Origin: Bacillota bacterium
GTDB lineage: Bacteria > Bacillota > Clostridia > Christensenellales > CAG-138
Direction of reading: 5' to 3'
Assembly: GCA_023395595.1 (NCBI GenBank)
Contig: JAEWYO010000044.1
Location: 5,193 to 69,192, forward strand
Length of the DNA: 64,000 nucleotides
Position 1 is the first letter of the stretch. The number at the start of each line of letters is the position of its first letter. This document shows positions 9,119 through 17,691 of the stretch, piece after piece. A program made the position numbers and the translations under genes. Below the pieces are notes generated by a model that saw only the letters and a list, made by a program, of their open reading frames with translations, did no database searches and had not been told where the DNA came from.

Positions 9119-9802
9119 TCAAAGCCAGGTGATCGGTACCTGAAGCATGATCGCAACGCCAAAGATCAGCGCCGCAACCGATACAGAAGCGATGATGAGC
9201 CTTGTGCGCTTGCCTTGGAACACGCCGACGATACCAAGCATGAACAACACAACCGCGAGAATTACCGAAACCAAGCCAAGCTTGTCCGCCCAGTTGTTCG
9301 CCTCGTCGCCTTGCTCAATCTGTGTATAGCCCTCGTCCATAACAGCGGATGCATCGGCATAATAGCTGTCAATGAATCCATCCTTGTCAAACGGGGTTGC
9401 ATAGTTTTCCTGCGCGTTTGCCCATTCAATTCCGGCGGCGAGCTCATCCGACACGCCATACATCAGCATATCGAGCTTATACTGCGCGGCTTCCGCCGTG
9501 TCCGCATCGGCACGATACTCGGCATAGTTGAGATCGACCTGCAGCGCGCTGATTTGGTTCCATGTGTTCATGTCCTGTGCGAGGGTTTGCGATGCCTCGT
9601 TCCAGCGGGCGTTGCCGTCCGCCAGCGTGGCGTTGCCAAGTGTGTAATACTTGGCTTGCGTGCTGTCATAGAGCGAGCCCTGCCATGCTGCCCATGCGGT
9701 GATCACCGCCGTGATGCCGAGCAGGATCGCAATCACCAATTCAAATACTTTATTGAACTTTACCGATTTCTCTTCCATTTTTTCTTCCATATTTGATTCC
9801 AT
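9119..9802 (-). CDS. hypothetical membrane protein (N-terminal TM, helical ectodomain, two C-terminal TMs)
   Basis: A 227-aa ORF with AAGGAGA 6 nt upstream of the ATG. Hydrophobic segments at res 20-40, 175-195 and 203-222. No family recognised with confidence (DUF4337-like at best). Confidence 0.6.
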   Translation of the reverse strand: MESNMEEKMEEKSVKFNKVFELVIAILLGITAVITAWAAWQGSLYDSTQAKYYTLGNATLADGNARWNEASQTLAQDMNTWNQISALQVDLNYAEYRADADTAEAAQYKLDMLMYGVSDELAAGIEWANAQENYATPFDKDGFIDSYYADASAVMDEGYTQIEQGDEANNWADKLGLVSVILAVVLFMLGIVGVFQGKRTRLIIASVSVAALIFGVAIMLQVPITWL

Positions 9803-10195
9803 ATGAGTTCTCCTTATTTATTCTACTTTTTGATTCTATCTTCGTTTAGCTTCCGCCGCTCTCTTTCCCTACCGCATCCGTCTGTTTCCGGCGGTTTAGG
9901 GTTGGGTGGCAACAGGCTGACAGTCATTGTCTGGATTCGAATTGTCAAATTGTCCCTTCGAAAAACGTTGAATTTATATCCCCGCCGAACTACTCTTTTC
10001 ACGTGTATTACTATCAGTAATGCATATTGTTTACTGTGATTTCTGCTATTATTATGCGGAAAATAGTATTCATTTTTCTGAAGTTGATAGTAGTATACCT
10101 TGCGCGTAATCTGGCGGCTATAGCTGTTCTCATATGAGTTGTGCACAATTTTTATATGGATGTTCGACGATGTTAACTCACTCGAATCCGCACGC

Positions 10196-10229
10196 CCCAA
10201 AAACCAAAAACCACCGTTTGACGGGTGGC
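10196..10229 (-). terminator. rho-independent terminator (minus strand) after the 10299-11186 gene
   Basis: On the minus strand the hairpin ccacccg/cggtgg (10211-10228) is followed by TTTTTGGTTTTTGGGG. Confidence 0.65.
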
Positions 10230-10298
10230 TCTTGGCTTCACATGCGCTTCTCTTGTCATTCGCGGGTGAACGCTCCCGCGAAACTGAATCGATCCTAG

Positions 10299-11186
10299 TT
10301 ACTCTGCAATCGCCTGTTCGAGCGTCGCAAAGAACAGCTCCGGATCGTCGGTAATCGGTGAATGGCCTGTTGTTTCGAGCGTGACGAGCTTCGATCCGGA
10401 GATGGCAGCCGCTGCGCCCTCCGCCCAGGCATACGGCACAACAAGGTCGAGCTTGCCGTGGATCAGCGTGACCGGGCACTGGATCTGTCCCAACCTTCCG
10501 CTGCCTTCCGCTGAGCCGGTCGGTTCACTTGTCATATTGAACGTCAAAAGCGAATAATCGATGTCTACGAGGTTTTTTTGCTTGAGCATGGCGTCGAGAT
10601 ACTGCTCATAGTCCGCAGCGGGCGGCTGCGCCATGTTGTAGATCACAGCGTTCCAGATGGCGCGCATCATCTCGCGGTTGCCGGATGCATACGCTGCGAG
10701 CACAGGAGCCACCTGAACCGGATCGCTCTCGATCTCCTCTTTGGTCTTGAGCAACTCGGTCAAAATCGGCTGACCGGTGGCGTCTTTCTTGAACATCGGG
10801 TATCCCGTCGGCGGAACCGACTCGACAAGGATCGCCTTTTTGATGCGCTTGGGCAGATCCGCCGCCATTTCGAGCGCAACACCGCCGCCTGTTGACCAGC
10901 CAACCAGCGTGCAGGTATCAATGCCCGCTTCGTCGAGAAAACGCTCCAGGTCCTGCGCGAGTTCGCGCAGCGAGTCGAATCGGCCAAGATAGGTGCTGTC
11001 GCCAAAGCCGCGCATATCCGGCGCGACAACATGATAGCGTCCTTCCAGATATTCCATCGTCGTCTGCCAATGGACGGAAGAGGACATATTGCCGTGAATG
11101 AGAACCACCGTCTCGCCTGCGCCGCCCGCACGATAGGACAGCGTTTCGTTGCCGATGGAGATCTGTTTTACTTCATACTGTTTCAT
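10299..11186 (-). CDS. alpha/beta fold hydrolase
   Basis: VVLIHGNMSS (HG oxyanion), nucleophile elbow VGWSTGG, and a C-terminal TGHSP His. No signal peptide. Confidence 0.8.
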   Translation of the reverse strand: MKQYEVKQISIGNETLSYRAGGAGETVVLIHGNMSSSVHWQTTMEYLEGRYHVVAPDMRGFGDSTYLGRFDSLRELAQDLERFLDEAGIDTCTLVGWSTGGGVALEMAADLPKRIKKAILVESVPPTGYPMFKKDATGQPILTELLKTKEEIESDPVQVAPVLAAYASGNREMMRAIWNAVIYNMAQPPAADYEQYLDAMLKQKNLVDIDYSLLTFNMTSEPTGSAEGSGRLGQIQCPVTLIHGKLDLVVPYAWAEGAAAAISGSKLVTLETTGHSPITDDPELFFATLEQAIAE

Positions 11187-11392
11187 GTTCGTAATCCTTT
11201 CCTATCTTCACGTTCGCATTTCAGGGTCTTGTTTCGGGTTAATTGAATGAAAAACAGAACGCTTTACTTTGCTTACTGTGCAACAGAACCAGTATACAAT
11301 ACTTATTAAGCTGATTCAGCAGTCCTCGCGTTGTTTGCGAGGATTTTTTTGCGTTCATCCATCCAATGTGCGCACAACGTGCCGCATCATTC

Positions 11393-12595
11393 TCAGCAGG
11401 TTTTGAGCACGACCGCCGTGCCCATACCGCCTCCGATGCACAGAGAGGCAAGGCCTGTCTGCTCGCCCGCGGCACGCAGGCCCGCAAGCAGGGTCACGAT
11501 GATGCGCGCGCCGGATGCGCCGACCGGATGGCCAAGCGCGATTGCGCCGCCGTTGGGGTTCGTGCGCGCCAGAAGAGTCTCCTTGTCCATATTGTGTTCT
11601 TCCGACAGCAGCTTGATCACGCCGAGCGACTGCGCGGCAAACGCCTCGTTGAGCTCAATGCGCTGCATGTCCGCAAGCGCAAGACCACCCATCTTCAGCG
11701 CCGCGCGCACGGCGGGCACCGGGCCAAGACCCATCACATTCGGCTCCACGCCGCCCTGTCCCCAGGCAACGAGTTCCGCCAACGGGGTCAGGTTGTGCTC
11801 CTTCAGCGCGCGCTCGGAAGCGATCAGCAGGAACGCCGCACCGTCGTTGATGCCGGAGGCGTTGCCCGCTGTGACGGTTCCGCCCGGCAAAAACGCGGGC
11901 TTCAGCGCGGAGAGTTTTTCGAGGCTCGTCTTGCGGTTGGGGTATTCATCGGTATCAAACACAATCTCTTCCTTGCGTACCTTCACCGTGATCGGTGTGA
12001 TTTCCGCGCGGAACGCACCCGCGTCCACCGCGCGAATCGCCTTCTCCTGCGACGCGATGGAAAACGCATCCTGCTCTTCGCGCGTGATGCCATATTGCTT
12101 TGCGATATTCTCCGCCGTGATGCCCATGTGGATGTTGTCAAAGGCATCCGTCAGCGCATCATACACCATATGATCCACGATCTCCTTGTTGCCCATGCGC
12201 AGTCCCTGCCGCGCGCCGGGGAGCAGATAGGGCGCAAGGCTCATGCTCTCCGTGCCGCCCGCAAGGTAGAGATCACCCATGCCGGATGCAACGTTGGCAG
12301 CCGCCGTCATCACGGCCTTCATGCCGGAGCCGCACGCCATGGAGATACCCCAGGCGGGGACTTCCACGGGCACGCCCGCAAGAATTGCAACCTGTCTGGC
12401 GACGCCCTGCCCGCAGCCCGCGGGCAGAATGTTGCCGACGATGACTTCATCGAGCTTGTCGCCGGACACGCCCGCGCTCTGGAGCACATCACGCGCGACA
12501 GCCGCGCCGAGCGCAGGAGCTGTTACGGTTGAAAGCCCGCCGGCAAATGCACCGATTGCGCTGCGTTTTGCCGCAACGATATAGACCTTTTTCAT
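11393..12595 (-). CDS. thl: acetyl-CoA C-acetyltransferase (thiolase II)
   Basis: MKKVYIVAAKRSAIGAFAGGLS N-terminus, active-site Cys region ISMACGSGMKAV, and C-terminal NPNGGAIALGHPVGASGARI and CIGGGMG signatures. Confidence 0.92.
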   Translation of the reverse strand: MKKVYIVAAKRSAIGAFAGGLSTVTAPALGAAVARDVLQSAGVSGDKLDEVIVGNILPAGCGQGVARQVAILAGVPVEVPAWGISMACGSGMKAVMTAAANVASGMGDLYLAGGTESMSLAPYLLPGARQGLRMGNKEIVDHMVYDALTDAFDNIHMGITAENIAKQYGITREEQDAFSIASQEKAIRAVDAGAFRAEITPITVKVRKEEIVFDTDEYPNRKTSLEKLSALKPAFLPGGTVTAGNASGINDGAAFLLIASERALKEHNLTPLAELVAWGQGGVEPNVMGLGPVPAVRAALKMGGLALADMQRIELNEAFAAQSLGVIKLLSEEHNMDKETLLARTNPNGGAIALGHPVGASGARIIVTLLAGLRAAGEQTGLASLCIGGGMGTAVVLKTC

Positions 12596-12714
12596 ATGAT
12601 TCTCCTTTTTTCTGTTGCGCGCGCAGTCTCAGGATAAAATCCCCTTGACTTCATGCCGCGAACTGTGTTCTGATTAATAACGTCAAATCATGGTAAACCC
12701 GCAGGGAGGCCGTT

Positions 12715-13332
12715 ATGCCGAATCCAACATTCCACAATCTTTCCGAGGAGAAAAAGGAACGCATCCTGAACGCCGCAATCAAGGAGTTTCGGGTGCGTAA
12801 TGTGCGCGAAAGCAATCTTTCCAACATCGTCAAGGACGCAAAGATCGCCCGCGGCAGCATCTACCAGTATTTTCCTTCCAAAGAAGATTTGTATATCTAC
12901 ATCTTCGATACCCTGCGCGCCCAACGCGCGGAGTTTGTCTTCCCCGCCTACGAGTTCTATAAAAAAGCACCGTTTCTGGACTTTTTTCAGGCGTTCTATC
13001 TGCGCGACAGCGAATTTCTGCTGATGCATCCGGATCACATCGACCTGGGTCAACAGCTCTACGGTTGCTCCCATCCGGTGTCGCAAGGCTTGATTCGCCA
13101 GCAGCAGAATCGCTATCGGGATATGTTCCTGATTGGAATCGAGTATGATAAGCAGCGCGGCTTGATCGACGCAAACGTGGAATCCGCGATTCTTGCCGAC
13201 CTGTGCGTGCATTTCGTCACGGATATCTTCATCTTTCAGAGCGTCTACTCCCAGCTCACCATGCAAAACATCCGGCTGCACTGTCAGCAGACGCTCTTCC
13301 TGCTCGCAAACGGCACCAAGCCGCGCGCATAA
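12715..13332 (+). CDS. TetR family transcriptional regulator
   Basis: HTH: KKERILNAAIKEFRVRNVRESNLSNIVKDAKIARGSIYQYFPSKEDLY. It is divergent from the thiolase gene. Its stop lies 9 nt from the convergent SDR stop. Confidence 0.85.
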   Translation: MPNPTFHNLSEEKKERILNAAIKEFRVRNVRESNLSNIVKDAKIARGSIYQYFPSKEDLYIYIFDTLRAQRAEFVFPAYEFYKKAPFLDFFQAFYLRDSEFLLMHPDHIDLGQQLYGCSHPVSQGLIRQQQNRYRDMFLIGIEYDKQRGLIDANVESAILADLCVHFVTDIFIFQSVYSQLTMQNIRLHCQQTLFLLANGTKPRA

Positions 13333-13341
13333 CTTCGCTTC

Positions 13342-14067
13342 TTAGAGGCGCATACCGCCGTTGACTTCCAGTACGTGTCCCGTGACATAGCTCGACTCGC
13401 TGCTGGCAAGATACAGCGCGGCATCCGCGATCTCTTCCGGCTGACCCAGGCGGCCAAGCATCGTCATCTTCGCGAACTTATCCAGCAGATCCTGCGGGAC
13501 AGTCTTCAAAATATCGGTCATGCAATATCCCGGCGCGATGGCGTTACAACGCACATTCGCGCCTTTTCTTGCGAACTCTTTTGCCCAAGTCTTCGTCATG
13601 CCAATCACGCCCGCCTTGGTTGCAGCATAGTTCGTCTGCCCGATGTTGCCATACACGCCGACGACGGAGGAGATGTTGATAATCGAACCATAGCCCGCCT
13701 CCGCCATCGCGGGGCCTACGATACGGGTGAGGTTGAACACGCCCTTGAGGTTGACGGAGATAACCGCGTCCCACATGTCGTCCGTCATCTTCTGAATCAG
13801 CGCGTCGCGCGTGATGCCCGCGTTGTTTACGAGGATGTCGATTTTGCCTTGTGCGGCCACGATTTCATCCACCGCTGCCTGGCAGCTTGCCGTGTCGGTC
13901 ACGTTCAGCGAAACAAAGTGAACGTTCTCCGCCTCAAACGTCAGCGGCCGTAGATCGCCGGCGTAGACGATTGCGCCTTCCTGCGCAAAGCGTTTTGCGC
14001 ACTCCGCGCCGATGCCTGCCGCGCCGCCGGTGACGAGCGCAACTTTTCCTTCCAGTCGTTTCGACAT
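13342..14067 (-). CDS. SDR family oxidoreductase, FabG / acetoacetyl-CoA-reductase-like
   Basis: GKVALVTGGAAGIG Rossmann motif, NNAG, and catalytic YAATKAG. The ATG at 14067 has GGAGG 8 nt upstream; the ORF track starts at 14082. Confidence 0.88.
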   Translation of the reverse strand: MSKRLEGKVALVTGGAAGIGAECAKRFAQEGAIVYAGDLRPLTFEAENVHFVSLNVTDTASCQAAVDEIVAAQGKIDILVNNAGITRDALIQKMTDDMWDAVISVNLKGVFNLTRIVGPAMAEAGYGSIINISSVVGVYGNIGQTNYAATKAGVIGMTKTWAKEFARKGANVRCNAIAPGYCMTDILKTVPQDLLDKFAKMTMLGRLGQPEEIADAALYLASSESSYVTGHVLEVNGGMRL

Positions 14068-14137
14068 GTTCTGTTCCTCCATTTGATTTTTAGATGTTTA
14101 TTTGTGATCGCTTTGCTTCTTGCGAAGCCTTTGTTGT

Positions 14138-14953
14138 TTAAACTGTCTTTACGTCCGTATCGTTGTTGACAAACCCCAGCACAAGTGAGATGAACTCCGC
14201 AGGTTTTTCGTACATCACCGCATGCCCCGCATCGAGAATCATCGCGTGTGCCGCATACGGAATTGCCGCAACGATCTCCTTTTGCTGATAAAGCGGGGTA
14301 ACATAGTCGTGCTCCGCCGAGATGACGAGCGTTTGCGCCGTAATTTGATGCAGCGATTGCCGCACGTCATACGTCTCCGCCGAGCGAATCAGACGCGAGA
14401 ATGCGTCATAGATCTCCGGCGTAAACACGCGCTCAAAGAGCGCCTCCCGCGCGCTTGCCCAGGCATAGTTTTTCACATAGAACTGCGGAGAATACACGAT
14501 TGGTATGCAGGTTTTGAAGAACTGTCTGCCATCATGGCTGTTGCAGGCGTATTCCCAACTGTGCCCGATGTCCCGCAGCCAATCGGACGTGTTCGCCGCC
14601 GTGTTGGAGAGAATGAGTTTGTCCACCTTCTCGGGATAGGCGCTGGCAAACTGCATCGCGATTTCACCACCGTAGGAGATGCCGATGATGCTGCACGATG
14701 GAAGCCCCATGTGCCGCAAGAACGCATCCACAACCTTGACCTGCTCCGCCTGCGTATAATCCATTTCCCGCTTCGCCGTGCGCCCCTGATCATAAAAATC
14801 CAGCAAAAGCAGGCGGCAGGACTTTGAAAACGCGGGAACAAACGTATTCCAGGAAGCACAGCTCATGAAGATGCCGTTGAGCACGAGAAGCGGTTTTCCC
14901 GCGCCGTGATCCTCGTAATAAATCTCTCTGCCTTCCAGCAAAAACGTTGCCAT
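14138..14953 (-). CDS. alpha/beta fold hydrolase
   Basis: LLVLNGIF, nucleophile elbow IGISYGG, and a C-terminal DAGHAV His motif. Confidence 0.8.
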   Translation of the reverse strand: MATFLLEGREIYYEDHGAGKPLLVLNGIFMSCASWNTFVPAFSKSCRLLLLDFYDQGRTAKREMDYTQAEQVKVVDAFLRHMGLPSCSIIGISYGGEIAMQFASAYPEKVDKLILSNTAANTSDWLRDIGHSWEYACNSHDGRQFFKTCIPIVYSPQFYVKNYAWASAREALFERVFTPEIYDAFSRLIRSAETYDVRQSLHQITAQTLVISAEHDYVTPLYQQKEIVAAIPYAAHAMILDAGHAVMYEKPAEFISLVLGFVNNDTDVKTV

Positions 14954-14997
14954 ACAGTCCCCTCCTTATTGTGATAGATTCGCTTTGGTGATGCCGC

Positions 14998-16323
14998 TTA
15001 TGGCATCATCATGTATTCGCGCGCCGCAACGGAGAGTTCCGCGCGGAATTTCGGGTGCGCAATGGAGATGAGCCGCCGTGCGCGCTCCTCCACATTCAAT
15101 CCACGCAGGCGCACCGCGCCATACTCGGTCACCACATAATCCACGTCGTTCCTGCTCAACGAAACTGCCGCGCCGTGCTTGAGCAGCGGCACGATCTTGG
15201 AGATTTCCTCGCGCTCGCCCGTGTTCTTGTTTTTCACCATCGCGGTGGAATACAGCGCGATGAACGAACGTCCATTTTTCGAGATCTGCGCGCCGATCGC
15301 GGTATCGGACTGTCCGCCCGTTCCGGAAAACTGAATGGGACCCAGGCTCTCAGAGCAGCACTGTCCGGTGAGGTCTACCTCCAGCGAGGTATTGATCGAA
15401 ACCTGATTATCGTTGAGCCCGATCACATGCGGATCGTTTGTCCACGCACCGGATTTGATACAGACCTCCGGGTTGTTGTGCATGAAGTCATACAGTTCCT
15501 GCGTGCCCATGCCGAAGCAGCAGACGGAGACGCCGGGATAAAGCTGCTTTTTGCGGTTGGTGACAACACCTTTTTTCATCAGGCGCATGATGCCCGTGGT
15601 CATCATCTCCGTATGTACGCCGAGGTCTTTCTTCTCGGAAAGAAACTCGCAAACCGCATTGGGGATGCCGCCGATGCCGATCTGGATGCAATCCCCATCG
15701 TTGACGAGGTCGGCGATGTGTCGCCCGATTTCGCGATCTTTTTCGTTTGGCGCAACGTCCGCAATCGCAGGCAGAAAATAGTCCGATTCGATGATGTAGT
15801 CCACATCCTCATAGGAAACCACATGGTCACCCATGGTATGCGGTATGTTCGGGCTGACTTCGAGGATCACGATGTCCGCGCGCTTGACCATCTCCATCTC
15901 GTAGACATTGGAGCAGGACAACGCGATGCCATCCTCCGTCGGCATGGAAGCCGAACAGACGAAGATATTGGTGTGCACCGCCTGGTTCCGCTTGAACCCC
16001 GCGAGGTGCAGATGGTTCGGGATAAACGAGATGCGCCCCGTGTGCTGCAAGGCGCGCAGCTGACCGGAATAGAACCACGAATCAATCCGAAAGGCGTTTT
16101 GATAGCGCAGAAAATCCGTAAGATACGGCGCCTGAACGGTCGAGAGGCTGCTGGTGATGGTAACGTCCTTCACGCGGTCTGCAATGGTATGCAGCTTCAT
16201 GAGAAACTCATTCGGCTCTGCGCTTGCCATACCGACGGTGATGACATCGTTGCTCTTCACCAGTTCGAGCGCCTGCTCTGCCGTGATGCACTTTTGCGGA
16301 TATTGTGTGCGGAAATCAAACAT
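14998..16323 (-). CDS. acetyl-CoA hydrolase/transferase family protein (4-hydroxybutyrate / butyryl-CoA:acetate CoA-transferase-like)
   Basis: 441 aa. Family-typical IQIGIGGIPNAV, HTEMM and GSGGQ-like (FSGTGGQSD) motifs. Confidence 0.85.
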   Translation of the reverse strand: MFDFRTQYPQKCITAEQALELVKSNDVITVGMASAEPNEFLMKLHTIADRVKDVTITSSLSTVQAPYLTDFLRYQNAFRIDSWFYSGQLRALQHTGRISFIPNHLHLAGFKRNQAVHTNIFVCSASMPTEDGIALSCSNVYEMEMVKRADIVILEVSPNIPHTMGDHVVSYEDVDYIIESDYFLPAIADVAPNEKDREIGRHIADLVNDGDCIQIGIGGIPNAVCEFLSEKKDLGVHTEMMTTGIMRLMKKGVVTNRKKQLYPGVSVCCFGMGTQELYDFMHNNPEVCIKSGAWTNDPHVIGLNDNQVSINTSLEVDLTGQCCSESLGPIQFSGTGGQSDTAIGAQISKNGRSFIALYSTAMVKNKNTGEREEISKIVPLLKHGAAVSLSRNDVDYVVTEYGAVRLRGLNVEERARRLISIAHPKFRAELSVAAREYMMMP

Positions 16324-16362
16324 GAACGAAATCCCTTTCTGTGTGTGTTGGTTGTGCGGCGC

Positions 16363-17394
16363 TCACTGTGCCGCGCCCCAGCGGACGCAGGTAGAGGCCC
16401 AAACGTAGCCGATGCCCGCTGCGATCATCGTCACCAGCGTGCCGTCTTTGATCTTTCCCTGCTCGATGCCGAGCGCGAGGGAAAGAATCTGATCGATCTG
16501 CCCGATATGGCCGTAGTCCTCCAGATAGATGGTTTGATCCGGCGTGAGCCCCAGCTCCGCAACCATACCCTCGTGCTGCGAGCGCTTGAAATGCAGAATG
16601 CCGAGGTAGCCGATGTCTTTTCGCGTCAGGTTTCCGGATTTTCTCAGCGACTCGTCGATGCAATGGTACCAGTTTGCAATCGAAACCTCGTTGAGCCGCG
16701 CTTTCATATGCGCCGGGTTCAGCAGGCGAAGCGAGCGATAGCCTTCCTCAACGTTTTCCGGTGTAAATGGCTGCGCAATACCGCCGATCTCCACGCCCGC
16801 GTCTCGCGAGAGGCTGCCGTCCGCCACGATGTGCGAACCCAGTACGAGGTTTTTATCCATACCCTTTTTGAGGATCAGCGCACCTGCACCTGCGCCGAGG
16901 TTATACATCATGGACATATCCTTGTCGGTGAAGTCCACAAAGTCGCCGTTACGATAGCCGCCGACGATCATTACAGTGTTGATGTCCTCGTCCGCAATCA
17001 TCATGTCCTTGGCGATCTTGATGGCGGAGCACGTGGTGCAGCAGCGGTTTTGTACGTCGATGCCCCAGGCATTTTCCGCGCCGATCTCGCCCTGCACATA
17101 CAGTGCGGAGGTCGTGAGCGGATATTCCTTCCATTCCTCCCCGACGCAGAGGATCAAGTCGATGCTCAACGGATCGACATCGCCGCGCATGAGCGCGTCC
17201 TTCGCGGCACGAACAGCCATCTCCTGCGTGCCGTCGTCTTCCCCCGGGATTCGCTTTTGCACGATGCCGAGTTTTTGCTTGACCGCGTCCTCACTCCAGA
17301 CGCCCTTGGTCGCCTCGGAGATTTCGCGCGCTGTCATAACGCGCTGCGGCAGATAGAGACCATAGCTCCAGATACCAATGCTGTGATCTGGCAT
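16363..17394 (-). CDS. KAS III (FabH)-like condensing enzyme, non-canonical
   Basis: FabH-like layout: IGIWSYGLYLP N-terminus, active-site Cys in DVQNRCCTTCSAI, and His in GILHFKRS. The GNTSAAS Asn position reads YGHIGQ (hand alignment to E. coli FabH). Confidence 0.75.
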   Translation of the reverse strand: MPDHSIGIWSYGLYLPQRVMTAREISEATKGVWSEDAVKQKLGIVQKRIPGEDDGTQEMAVRAAKDALMRGDVDPLSIDLILCVGEEWKEYPLTTSALYVQGEIGAENAWGIDVQNRCCTTCSAIKIAKDMMIADEDINTVMIVGGYRNGDFVDFTDKDMSMMYNLGAGAGALILKKGMDKNLVLGSHIVADGSLSRDAGVEIGGIAQPFTPENVEEGYRSLRLLNPAHMKARLNEVSIANWYHCIDESLRKSGNLTRKDIGYLGILHFKRSQHEGMVAELGLTPDQTIYLEDYGHIGQIDQILSLALGIEQGKIKDGTLVTMIAAGIGYVWASTCVRWGAAQ

Positions 17395-17661
17395 ACGTTA
17401 TTACCCCTTTCCAGCGGAAAATTGCTGGTTATTTTACTGTCGTTTTCTTGGTTTGGTTCGCTTAATTTTGATGAACGGACTGGCTGATTTGCCATTTCGA
17501 ACACGAAAGATTTGTGCTGCAGGCGATTTCGCTCCGCAATATGACAACCTTGTCACTTCGCTGCCAGTATAGCAGACGAAAAATCGAATTTCAATGGTCT
17601 TTTTTCGTCTTTTTCGATTTTTTGTTCGGTTTTGCTGTGTTTCTTGCCGTAAGAATGACTA

Positions 17662-17691
17662 TTGACAAGCTGTATATCGACAGGTTATCAT
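17662..17691 (+). promoter_or_regulatory. candidate sigma-A promoter of the liv operon
   Basis: TTGACA (17662-17667), an 18-nt spacer, then TATCAT (17686-17691). This leaves a leader of about 200 nt before the ATG at 17895. Confidence 0.45.

Noticed and set aside
15055-17487. An 810-aa plus-strand ORF spanning the CoA-transferase and KASIII-like genes, the longest ORF in the window.
   Set aside because: It is exactly antisense to two motif-rich, well-initiated minus-strand genes and crosses their intergenic gap. The translation is an Arg/His/Asp/Ala/Val-rich low-complexity string with no recognisable motif. No RBS is present. Long stop-free antisense frames are expected when the sense genes have GC-rich third positions.
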